From: Dicyema japonicum
Lineage: Eukaryota > Animalia > Dicyemida
DNA length: 64,000 nucleotides
Assembly (NCBI GenBank): GCA_011109175.1
Contig: RDEW01000020.1
Span: 242,514 to 306,513 of the forward strand
Direction of reading: 5' to 3'
The position numbers were made by a program, and so were the translations under genes. The notes beneath the pieces were generated by a model, which worked only from the letters and a program-made list of their open reading frames with translations, was not told the DNA's origin and did not search any database. Every line of letters starts with the position of its first letter. Position 1 is the stretch's first letter. Shown in pieces: positions 52,440 through 64,000 of this stretch.

Positions 52440-52830
52440 GCAACTGCGAAATTATTTGTTTGGTACAGGCTATGGGACAAACGTAAAGCTTCGTTCCCAG
52501 ATTTCTTTAATCAGGTTTGGTAATGTAGAACCTAACACAGGACCAAAGTTATTTCAGGGAAAGCTGAGGATAGAACATCAACGGACTTTCCAAAAAAGTG
52601 TATTGATTTACGTAACTTATTGCATAATCATTGTGTGGGGGTTACTCTTATCCAAGAAAATAAGCTTTCAGCGAAATCAACGACTCCACATTTCAAGGAT
52701 TATTACGTACCCACCGCGCCTCCAGTTCAATTGGGTTGTTTACTTATTCTTGTTCATTTTTTTACTCATTTTATTAAATCTAGCATATCTGAGGATTCTC
52801 ATCCTGTTTGTCTTTAAACAATCGTGATCA
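52440..52830 (+). mobile_element. 5' part of the 2A-LINE
   Basis: GNVEPNTGP (52519-52545), then LIQENKL and PHFKDY. Confidence 0.7.
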
Positions 52831-53069
52831 GGAATGTACACTTTTGTCGTAGTTGTAGATTACTCCATCTAAATGGGAAATACATTTTTGATATTTAATA
52901 AGTTTTTTTGTAACCATCGAGTCACCAGTAGGTTACATTTCCCAATTTGGTAAGAATTGCAGTTGCCTTTGTAAGATTGAATTCTCCACATAGATCATTT
53001 TGACTCACTTCCATTGAAAGCTACAACTGTAAACGGGGTAGAATAGAAAGACTGAGATAAAGACATTTT

Positions 53070-55110
53070 ATTTATTTAACTCCAAGACCACAAAGAAAGA
53101 TAGGTCAAAACTAACTAATTGGGTGATCCCAGCCTCCAACAACATCCGAATTCTCTTCGTTTGGTCTTCTGATGACCCCACCAAATTCCGGAAGCGTTTC
53201 CTCTTCCTTCTGCAAAAGAATTCAATCGGCGTGCACTTTTTTATAACCGACCAAAATTCCTTTGCATGGGCCACTTTTTCCTTGAATAGGTTTTAACGTC
53301 GCCTCATCAGAAACGAGGCCGCCAATGGGGATGTCCGTGTGGTGCATAATTTTCCGCCTGAGAGTTCAAACGATCCACTCTCGAAGAGGGAATCGCAAAT
53401 CTCCAGGCTTAGCAGGCATATTCAATGGTAGGAACGATGACTTGTTGGTAGACCTTGTTGACGCAAGCAGCAGGGGGGTATGGGCTCTTCTTTATGATTG
53501 CTTTTAAAATGTTCAATTTTTGAAGACCCTTGGCAAGCACCTCCTCCACGTGACTCGAGAATGTCATCAGAAAGTCGAAAACTACCCCAAGGATCTTCTG
53601 GGTCCGCGTAGAAGGGATAGAAGTATCTCCAAAAAACAGTTCGACTCCATCCTTAAATCTTCTATCAGTAGTGAAAATGATAAACTGGGATTTAGATGAT
53701 GACACACATAACATATTTGCAGATAGCCAGTCACATACTCGGTTTAGGTGTGACTGAACATTTGCTACAGCCACGGAAAAAGATTTATCTCTTGGGCAAT
53801 AATTAGGTCGTCCGCATAGGATAAAAACATAGTGTCCTGGTCATTGGTAGTAGGTAGGTTATGTAGAAATAGGTTGAAAAGAAGAGGAGATAAAGAGGAG
53901 CCTTGAGGGACCCCATTGGGGAGTAGTCTTGATTTTGAAGTGGTTTTGTCAATACAGACCCTTCCGCGTCGTCCAGTTAAAAAGTTTTCCAGCCATAGCT
54001 TGATGTTCGGATGCAAGTTCTAATTAAAAATCTTATGCGTTAGGAGTTTCCTCGGAACCGAATCAAAGGCCTTCTGTATATCGATGGATACTAAGGCCGT
54101 CCGTAAGTGTGTTCTCATGTTGAAGCCGTCAGTAATAAACTGGGAAATAGAACCAAATGAGTCGTTGTAGAACGGTCTGCCCTGAAACCATGTTGAAACT
54201 CTGGTAATGTAGAACATGAGAGATGCGGATTAATACAAGCTTTTCCAGCACTTTTGATAAAACAAAAGTTATTGAGACGGAGCGGTAAGAAGGAACATTT
54301 TTTGGTTTTCCAGGCTTTAGAATCGGCGTAATCAGGGAATTCTTCCATATATTAGGTAGCGTATGGTAGTTGATAGAGTCGTTGTACAGTCTTGATAGCA
54401 TGGTCCGTCCCTGAGGTCAAGGTGTTTGAGGTGAATAGTGCAAATTCCGTCGGGACCACAAGCACGAGTAGGACGTAGCAATTTAATAACCTTGTCAACA
54501 GCATGGAGGTAAAGAAGGTGGAATACGTTTCTTGTTGCGGCCGGTGCCGTTCAACATGTGTAGAACGAGAAAAATCTTTATGGCTGATCGATACGTAGTT
54601 CTGAGGTGGAATATATATATTACATAGTGTAAAAAGTCTTGAGGTGAGAGAGGAACTTAGATAAAGATTTATTCCAGAATAGGGTCTCCTTCACAAAGAG
54701 AAGATATAAACGGGGTGACATCGGTCAACAAAAGACCCTCCCTAACAAACGTCAATAATCCTCAACCGAGACTTCTTTTCCGGTCTTTTCGGAGTATATT
54801 GTAGCCAGAGAAGCGTGGGGTGACGGCTGACGTGGAGAATTTAGACTCCTGAATAATGGCAATGTCCACTTTTAAACGGGCTAAGAGGGAACGTAGCTCC
54901 AGCAATTTATTACGGATTCCATTAACATTGAGTTGGAGAATGACCAGCGTGGAATCAGGACCCGGGTTTGGTTTGATGTCACTGAAATTGGTAGGCCACC
55001 CTTCCAAAGGACGTAGAGGGGTGGAGAAGTTCGAACGGTTTTCTTTAGTGCATATCTTGCACCAAGCGCCACCACAACAACAGGTGAACCGCATGTCGCC
55101 ACGCTAAAAT
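53070..55110 (-). mobile_element. Internally deleted 2A-LINE copy
   Basis: DIKPNPGP (54957-54980), ILQLNVNG, IIQESK, QHGFR, DIQKAFDSVP, PQGSSLSP, SYADD, EAGIT. Confidence 0.88.
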
Positions 55111-56310
55111 TCAAATTTCCAGTGTCAAACACTCCACCGACAAATTGATTGTTATATTAACTAATAATCAATATTGTACTTTGATAATAAAATAAGCACA
55201 ACTAAAAGAACATTCGAGAATTAATAGTTCCTTTATTCCTCTTCACTTGTTTAGACCATTCGGGATTCTAACCTAGGCAAGAGTGCATCCTATGTATCCA
55301 TTTCCAATTGTTTGCGTATTCGCTATATCCTTAGTCCATTAAGAAGGAAGACGAGATCAGTTTTGAGTTTATTATTGGTCCTATCTTCAGGTAGATGATC
55401 ACTTTATTGATAGAACAATACTATTAATAATGACCAACCAGGCTAAGAGGTACCCTTATTTTCTTGACATCCCCGCGGAACATTTCATGTTGCAACAAGA
55501 AACCTCCCTTTACGTGAAATTAAAGATTTAGCAAACAACTAATAATATGACCAATATGAGAATAAAGTTAACAAGAAAACATTTATTGGCACAACAAAAC
55601 AAAGGAAGGTATATTGATCATGATCTCTCAACCTATGGGTATGGCTCAACCCATTTACCCCGACAAGTGAAGATATAATAACAGAGTCATCGCACTCAAT
55701 ACGAATTCGTAGCAGTAGAAACACCAAAAATAACCATCACTTAATCTGAATTACGTAGAGGCTAATCTGAAATACATAATGAGCCATCTGAGGTCGATTG
55801 AGAGCCATTTTAGCGAAAACTTACAAAATGAAAAGTATGAGTTTAAGGGTGGGACAAAATAATAAAATAAATAATAATTCAGCCTTTCAGCTAACGATTA
55901 GTAATCTTTCGTTATTCATTTCAGCATAGGCAGAACTAAGCGTTATTAAGGAAGTAAATAACAGTCATGCTAACTAATCCAAGGCCAAACATTTAAGGTG
56001 TTCTTAACTTTTTCTTTATTTTCTTTTTTCAGGATTGTGACTCCCCTGTCAATCTGCTACTGCAGTGATTAATCAATGATCACGGGGTCACTTGTCCATC
56101 ACAGAAGCATCGTAGATACTTAGACCGAAATGGACAGCAGCGATATCAGAACTTGGGATCATATAAATTTGATCTGGCACTCATCATACTGGGCCAAGGA
56201 TGGGATAAAAAACCGGATAAAAAACCGGTAAAATAAATAAAATTAAATTTAAAATTATATAAATAATAAATTTAAAAAGTTAAATAAATACAGCGTGCAA
56301 TCGTTTTAGC

Positions 56311-57957
56311 ATGGGTAAGAAGTTTGGTGTTAAGGTATGCCCAATATTAATCAAAGGCTAATAAAATGAACAAAGTCAAGCAGCCGTCCTTCAAGGCTGG
56401 AGGGAAAAAGCAGGTTAAACATATAAAGAATATTCAGAAATTCAATAAGCCCAAGAATAGTCCAGTCTCTCCCAAAAATGGTAAAGAACGCTTCCTTCAA
56501 TTCAAAGAAGGGGAAAAATAAGGTCACCTTTTCCAACGACAGTCAGAACGTAAAAACTGTACTTAGTCTACCTAATTTTCAGCCAAAACAACAAAAGGGT
56601 GTTAAATCCCCCAACACATCCTTCAAAACATCAGTCAGTTCGAGAAAGTCCCTCGTTTCTGAGCGAAAAGCCACTCCTTTCCCACACTCTGACAAATTTA
56701 AGCCCAAGAAGGTCTTCCCCGTAGAGGAAGAGGATGAAGGGTCCGATGAGATGGATGTCTCCCATTCTGAGGGAGAGGGGACTGAGTCAGACGTTTCCTT
56801 CGACGATATGGAGTCATTTTCCGGAGATTCTGCCTTAATCGAGGAAGGGACCGAAGAAGAATTTGAGGAAGAAGTCGAAGAAAAAGTTCAACCGAAAGTA
56901 ACAGAGAAACAACCCGCAGCGAAAAAGAAAGCCAAACCGAATGGCTCTAATATAGTGGAACCCAAGAAAGCCAATGTATGTCAACCGGAGGTAAAGATCA
57001 AGACAGAGACTCCCAAAATAGTTGAAGACAAGGCTGTTAAGAGAAAGCGGGAAATTTTGGCAGAAAAGCCTGCAAAAAAGGTCGCTAAATTGACAGCTGA
57101 GGAGTACACAGGTGGTTTGGTTGTGAATGTTAGACGATAGTGACAAGAAAAGATTGTTTGTGACTAATCTACCTGAAAATGTGACTGATGATGAGGTCCG
57201 GTCTCTTCATCCACAGATTAAGGACTTTGTACTTCTGTGTGCTTTTAGAAAGAAGAAAGGGTGAGCTTAATGGTCAAATATCTTAGTTCTGCTATTCTGG
57301 TGTTTTTGGACGAGTCCTCTGCTGTAAAGGCGAAGGCCGAAATGACTGGAAAGAAGTTAAGGGGGAAGGACATTGTAGTGGACTTTGTCGGTGAAAAGAA
57401 CAGTCGGAAAGATGCCAAGACCCGTATTTGGAGGATTTATGTTTAGTTGGGGCCATAGTGCCGACCAGACTGTATGTTGGAAATATTGGTGAGCATTGTA
57501 CAGAGGCAAACCTCAGAGAGATTTTCGTGGGGGCTACGCTTGTTTCGGTCCCATCTCAGAAGCGACACACGTTGGATTTTTTATGATTCTTAGGTTTGGG
57601 TTCGTGGAATTTGGGGATGCTGATGGAGCAATGGATGCTCTAATTAAGAATAACTATTCTGTCTATAAGGGGGAGAAGATGATCGTTCAGTTTGCACGTG
57701 CTAAGGTGGAGGAGAAAACGAGTTTGGTTTTTGCGGGAATTTTAGACAAAGTAAAGACCAACCCCGTAAAAACTGAGAGTCAAGCTATAGAGATGAATGT
57801 TGAGGACCAAGAGGAGGACAGTGACGGGGAGGAAATTGGAGATGAAGATGAGGATAGTAATGAGGACGATGAGTCTGAAGGAGAGGAAGAGAGTGATGAA
57901 GAAGGAAATAGTGTTGGAGGAGATGACTTGGAGTCATTTGACGATGAGTCTGATTAG
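56311..57957 (+). CDS. Nucleolin/Nsr1/Gar2-like protein: basic and acidic tracts with two RRMs
   Basis: Lys-rich N-terminus and acidic tracts. RRM1 RLFVTNLPENVT; RRM2 RLYVGNI...FGFVEF. 22-nt intron at 56335-56356. Acidic C-terminal tail, no RGG. Confidence 0.75.
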
Positions 57958-58546
57958 ATATCTTTTATCTTTTTTGGTTAATTGTATTTTGTTTTTTACT
58001 CAATGTTATGTAGGCTTTTGATGACTTTATAATTTAGCTTTGTTGGTGTAGTTGATTAAGGTTTCTTGCATAGTTAAATTATCACGTGGCCTGTTGAATT
58101 TCTATTATTGACAATTTTAATGGCCTTTTGCAGACAGTCATGTTTTGACACCTAACAGAGATTGTTTATCATCTTTTGGTCCTAGTTATGGCATGAAAAG
58201 GATATGATTTTTCGCTACACTCTACTAAGCGGTTTCCACAACTGCAAAAATATTTTTTCCTTTCTGCTGGTTTTGTTTCAGGACGGTATCTATTTTGAAC
58301 ACTTGGTTGGTAAATACTATTAATTAGGTATTAACTCTGATATAACATCGATTGGGGGATAAAATTAGTATATAATCAGTACATTTTGAGGGCATAGTAA
58401 TTTATTGATGTCAATTTGGGTTAATAAGCTCTTTTTGATATGATCGCGACATATCTCTTACACGAAACCACATCGCTTAACATTGAAATGTCTCAGACAA
58501 TATGGATAAAATTTCCTCAGGTATATCCGCGGTTATTAGAACAAAT

Positions 58547-59162
58547 TTACAAATATCAAAACTTGTTAAAACGTGTTGTTACAACGTGTTGTTGTGGTGT
58601 TTATACATTCTCTGAAAATTTATAAGAGCTTTTGATGGGGAAAGACCTGACAACCTACTCTATTTAAATGCCAAGAAAATCTTGAGAAAACTCTCCTACG
58701 ATCTAATTGGAAGCAGCGTTACTGCAAAACATCAAATCTCGAGTCTTCGTCACACAGAATCTTACAATTTCGCAACATGGAACGTAAGAGGCTTAAACGA
58801 AGGAAACTAGTAGTCGTAAAAAAAATGACCTGCTTGGAGTAAGCGAACTTCACTGGATCGACAGTGGTTTTTTTCGTTCTGATGATTTTGTCATATATTA
58901 TTCTGGTAACATTAATGCGAAGAGAAATGGAGTGGCCTTCATTGCTTCAAAAAAAATTGCACGTGCTATTGAAAGTCATAGAACATTTAATGATCGGATA
59001 ATACTAATCCACGTCCGTGGACGACCATTGAATATTACGGTCATGCAAGTGTATGCCCCAAGGCTACTCCAAATTGCAACGGATCGGGGAGAGTGGAGGA
59101 AACTCGTTCATGAGATCTCCAAGGGTCGGACATGACTTAATTAAACAACATAACATATATTT
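58547..59162 (+). mobile_element. BovB-like RTE, internally deleted (bipartite), with 18-bp TSD
   Basis: ATWNVRGLN, LGVSEL.W, SDD..IYYSG, RNGVAF, NDRII..GRPLNITVMQVYAP fused to DR.EWRKLVHEISKGRT. TSD GCGGTTATTAGAACAAAT at 58529-58546 and 59163-59180. Confidence 0.85.
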
Positions 59163-60019
59163 GCGGTTATTAGAACAAATATTAAAACTACGGAGAATTT
59201 AATCCTCCTGTCTTGTCTTTTTATCCCATTCTTTGTCTAACATGACACTCTTTCTGAAAGCCCATTAACCTAATATTTATTGATTTGTCTACGAATCCCT
59301 AATGTAGAGTATCCAAGGTCAAGGATTTAATGTGGAAATACGCATTGGTCACAATTTATAAGAGTTTTTGGAATATTATTGAAATTTATATTAAGGTAGC
59401 TCACATACACTGTTGTAGCACCAAGTTCGCTTCTTTCACAGTCTCCCAGCTCCCACAGATGGCTTTACCACATGTTTCTCCATTTTTCCTCATTTTGAAA
59501 ATAAAAGTTTATAGATTCTGTAGGATTTGTCTTTCATTTAACCACATCTATCAAAATAGCTTCAAAAGTGGAATGTTTTGAAGCCTAAAACTTTTTCTAT
59601 AACCGGCTTAATCATCGGATCATCGCAGAATATAGAATAAGCTTGTTCAGCCTAGAGACGGCTCTTTCCTTCTCGGAAATTGAGCATATCAACATTTTCT
59701 GAAAGAAAATTACTTAAAACGAAAGAGAATCGATTCCTACTTTTTTTTCAAACAAGTCGATCAGAGACAATTGCCGATGTTTCCTGTGTTTCTGCAAATA
59801 ACAAGAAAATCCATTTGGAGGGAAAATTATCCATTCGGAGGAATCCCGATCAATTTTGAAGAAAAGCACATCGATCAAGTTCTGTAGAAATTGGACGAGA
59901 CACTTCCGGAACCGGTGGAATCGCTGGCGGACCACTAGAGGAGAGTTTTGGTATATAGCGAAGCATTTTTCTGAAAAACCCAGAGGAATCATTTGAGTGA
60001 TATTTCAAATTTTTTAAAA

Positions 60020-60420
60020 TTATTCTCATTTAAGCCCATCCTCTGGAAACATAGTCTTTCCATTGATGAATACATTCCCAATTGGATTGAGAAATGGTGA
60101 GTAAGGAACATGGAGGTTTACTATTTAAATCTATTCTTTAATGCCCCATCATTAGGAATTAAAAAATTAGTCACTGATGCAAATTCTGCTTCTGATACAG
60201 GAATGTAGGTCCAAGATCCTGAAACAGCTCTTCCACGTCGTGGTTTTTAGGAAACTGAAGTTCCTACCTCACTATAAGATGTTATTTTATCCCATATTTC
60301 AATGTTAAATTATAAGTTGATGGTGGTGAACCCTATATTATTATGGCTCTCGTCAAAGTACAATAATATAAAATAATAGTTGGCATTGATGCAATTTTAG
60401 CTTTTATTTCCCTGATGTGA
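60020..60420 (-). mobile_element. Tc1/IS630-like DDE transposase remnant
   Basis: YFDES, RRGRAVSG, VPYSPFLNPI.NVF. Confidence 0.6.
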
Positions 60421-60439
60421 TTGATGTCATCGTTGTTTG

Positions 60440-60535
60440 ATAGAGGCTACTAGTTTGTGTCGATAGGACTTTCCCACGTCGGTCTGGAGTCACTTAGGAA
60501 CTTTATCTTTTTTTCTTTTAACCTGGTGAATCATA
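60440..60535 (+). repeat. Short 2A-LINE 3' end
   Basis: gtcggtctggagtcacttaggaactttat...ggtgaatc resembles the 9860-9925 terminus. Confidence 0.55.
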
Positions 60536-60849
60536 TATAAATTTTAATTATCTTCAATGGAATGCCCATTTGATTAGGTAAAGGGTGTTGAGATAGTGAC
60601 GTACCATTAATACACGAAATGTCTAAATCTGAGATGAACCTTCCATTTCACATTTCCTACGAATGAACAAAATGATTCACTCACGAGGTTGTGGATATAC
60701 CAAAGAAGCTTCAGATTCACTAACTTTGAATCCCATCTGGCAAAAATTTTGGAGAAACGTGGACAAGTCAACCCTGAAAATAAATAATTACTAAAAGCAC
60801 TTTCACATAACCAAAGAACGTTATATTAACTAAGGTCCCGTTTGTGGCA

Positions 60850-62030
60850 CACGTTTCGAAATTGGTTTCACTAGGCATCTCACCGCCCTCTGCTTTGCGC
60901 ATCTGTCCTTAGATCCTCTAGGTCTTCTGCAGATTTAAGTTTTCTTCCAATTCCATTAAGATCCTATAAATAATAATAATTCTATTAAGATCCTTGTTTA
61001 GAGCCACAGGTAGAGTGACTCTGGGTCTTCCTCTGACCAATGATTTGTTCTCATTGTTAAAGTAATTGTCTATTATTATATTTGCAAAGGCATTTATGTT
61101 CATTCTAAGCACGTGCCCAAATAGTCTCCATCTTGATTAAATAATGTCGATGCTTATTGGCCTCGATTGTGCCACAGAGTATAATTTCTTATTTGAAATC
61201 TTCTTGGGCCAACCTAGGCCCATTAAATTGCGTAATTGTTTTCGATGAAATATATCCATTTTCTTGAGCACTAGCCGAGTTTACATAAGCACCGGTTTTA
61301 TATATGCGTTGTATAGTCTTATTCTTAGATTTGTTTTTATTACCTTTCGTCGACTCCATATCTTCTGCATTTTCTTATACATGGCAGTGGCTAGTACTCT
61401 TCTAAACATCATGTCCTCACTATCACCAAGTGATGATCCCAATTTCCTTTTTTCCTCCAACTTTCATCAATATATTTTAATTCCCTTGTGATTCCTATGT
61501 GTTCAGTCTCTTCCTGTTTAACTCGCAGATACATATTCTTAAATTTTCTCTAAAACAAGTCCAAGTTCCTGATCATTTTATGACACAAAATCTATGTCAT
61601 CTGTATATACAATCTCCATCGGCCTTCACACGACAACTAGAACTATAGATAGAGAGTCCCCCCGATGTATTCCAACTGTTGTCCCGAAAGACATCGATGT
61701 CGTGTTCCCAACCTGTACAGTTAATTCAGTGTTAGACAATAGGAAACGAAAAAGTCTTGTGTTATCCTCATCAAGAAATCTCCCAACAACGTCTATCAAT
61801 GTTTTTTTGTTGACAGAGTCAAACGCGCTGTACATGTCCACTCCCAGAATTTTAAAATTAATCTTGTATCGTTGACACATGGCATAGATCCACCTGTGAG
61901 ACCAAAAAGCATCTGCGCTCGAGCGTCCCCTTCTGAACCCACTCTGTCCCGGCGACAAAAAAATCATAAATATCAGAGATTTCCGACTAAGGGTTATCAG
62001 AGATGTTCTAAGAAATATCACTGGTCTCAG
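60850..62030 (-). mobile_element. RTE-like LINE RT and 3' part
   Basis: QSGFRRGRSSAD, GVDMYSAFDSV, GDSLS, RGRPRVTLPVALNKDL. Confidence 0.8.
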
Positions 62031-62302
62031 ATTTTATTATCGGTCCCTTGTTCTTTCCTGGTTTATGCAGAGAAATTAAAATTCCATCACCAAGTTTCAA
62101 AAGCGAATGTGCTCGAAAAAAACAAAGAAATTAGTTAATTTATTAATTTCGACCAAAATGAGACATAAAGGGATAGTACACATAAAAAATAATATTTTAT
62201 AATTGATAAATTTAATTTATTAATGTAAAGGAAAATAAATATATTTAAATCTGCAGTCTGGTGGTTGGAATTGGTATTTTATATTTGTCAACCAAAATAG
62301 AA

Positions 62303-63123
<821 letters not shown>

Positions 63124-63689
63124 GTGTTATTTACTTTGTGGATTATGTCTTACTGATCTGTCAAACATTATACAAATCTCGTCTGGTCTAACAGTTCTTA
63201 AGAGGGCGCTCAGTGTCCACGTAATGCATTGTTAAAAATACCATCAGCTCACTCCCATCTCAATAAAGACTTTTCGGACGACATCCTCAGTAGCTATATA
63301 GATTCAATTCTACAGTAGTGTCCAGTAGATCCCAAATGGGCTCCAGTAATACTTTACTTTCCATTGGAGAGAATCGGGAGATCGAGTAATACTATTTCTC
63401 GACGTGAGTGTCTTGCATCAAACAGTTTTACTAGAGATTGACTATAGGGATTCAATGGATGCATACTGATTTAAAAAATTGAAATTTAAAAAAAAACTGG
63501 TTCGTGTGAAGGTAAGTTTCTCCAGATTTAAATAAATGTCACTGTCTGGAATAACATCGTTCCACGACAGCTTTTGAAATTTGACTAACACGCGTATCTT
63601 GGTCTTGACTCAATTCTATGACTTTCAGAAGTCCATCCTGCTTTTAAATGGAGGGAAAAGTTCGACTAATCAATCCGCTTCGGTTGAAT

Positions 63690-64000
63690 GGGATTCGAAA
63701 TCCCCATACATCTTAATCCTCCAACTCTCAATTTTGCAAATAAACATCAACTGAATAAAAAACCATCGAACTGAGATCTTTAATAAACAAACAGAACGTT
63801 GACCCGATTCTACTTCAAGAATACATACTTTACTCCACCATGATACCATTGCATCCCTTTAGACCGCCCTAACCGTTGCGGTGGGGGTCTCCTCATTCGA
63901 TTTACTGACGCGCAAAATTACAATAATAAACGATGGGACTACATAGATATCTGAAATTTCCATTACAACCGGATTTGGAGCTCTCAAAATTCAAATATCT
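63690..64000 (+). mobile_element. Degraded 5' part of the 2A-LINE
   Basis: IHLNP-P then ILQININ-IKN..IELR...ILLQE and RCGGGL. Confidence 0.6.

Overview
This is eukaryotic (metazoan-type) DNA with AT-rich spacers and compact genes split by very short GT-AG introns (about 18-29 nt). That intron size class is reported for dicyemid mesozoans; the taxon is an inference. Host genes read after splicing: a TGF-beta type I-like receptor, a CDKL kinase, a ULK3-like kinase with one MIT domain, NTF2, an ATRIP-like protein, a cathepsin L-like protease, eIF4B, a nucleolin-like RRM protein and NKAP. There is also a secreted multi-ShK-domain protein absent from the ORF track, an X-box-preceded unknown gene and several orphan intron-containing genes. 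A large part of the window is transposon-derived: a LINE family with a virus-like 2A (DxExNPGP) motif before the APE domain, RTE elements (one twin-primed 5' inversion, one BovB-like), CRE-like and R4-like RLE elements, Buster-type hATs with TIRs and 8-bp TSDs, and Ginger-like, MULE and Tc1/IS630 remnants. Many apparent frameshifts in conserved genes fall in homopolymers and are most likely consensus errors. There is one 199-N gap. No tRNA, rRNA or CRISPR array was recognised. All assignments are by eye and from recalled family motifs; no searches were run.
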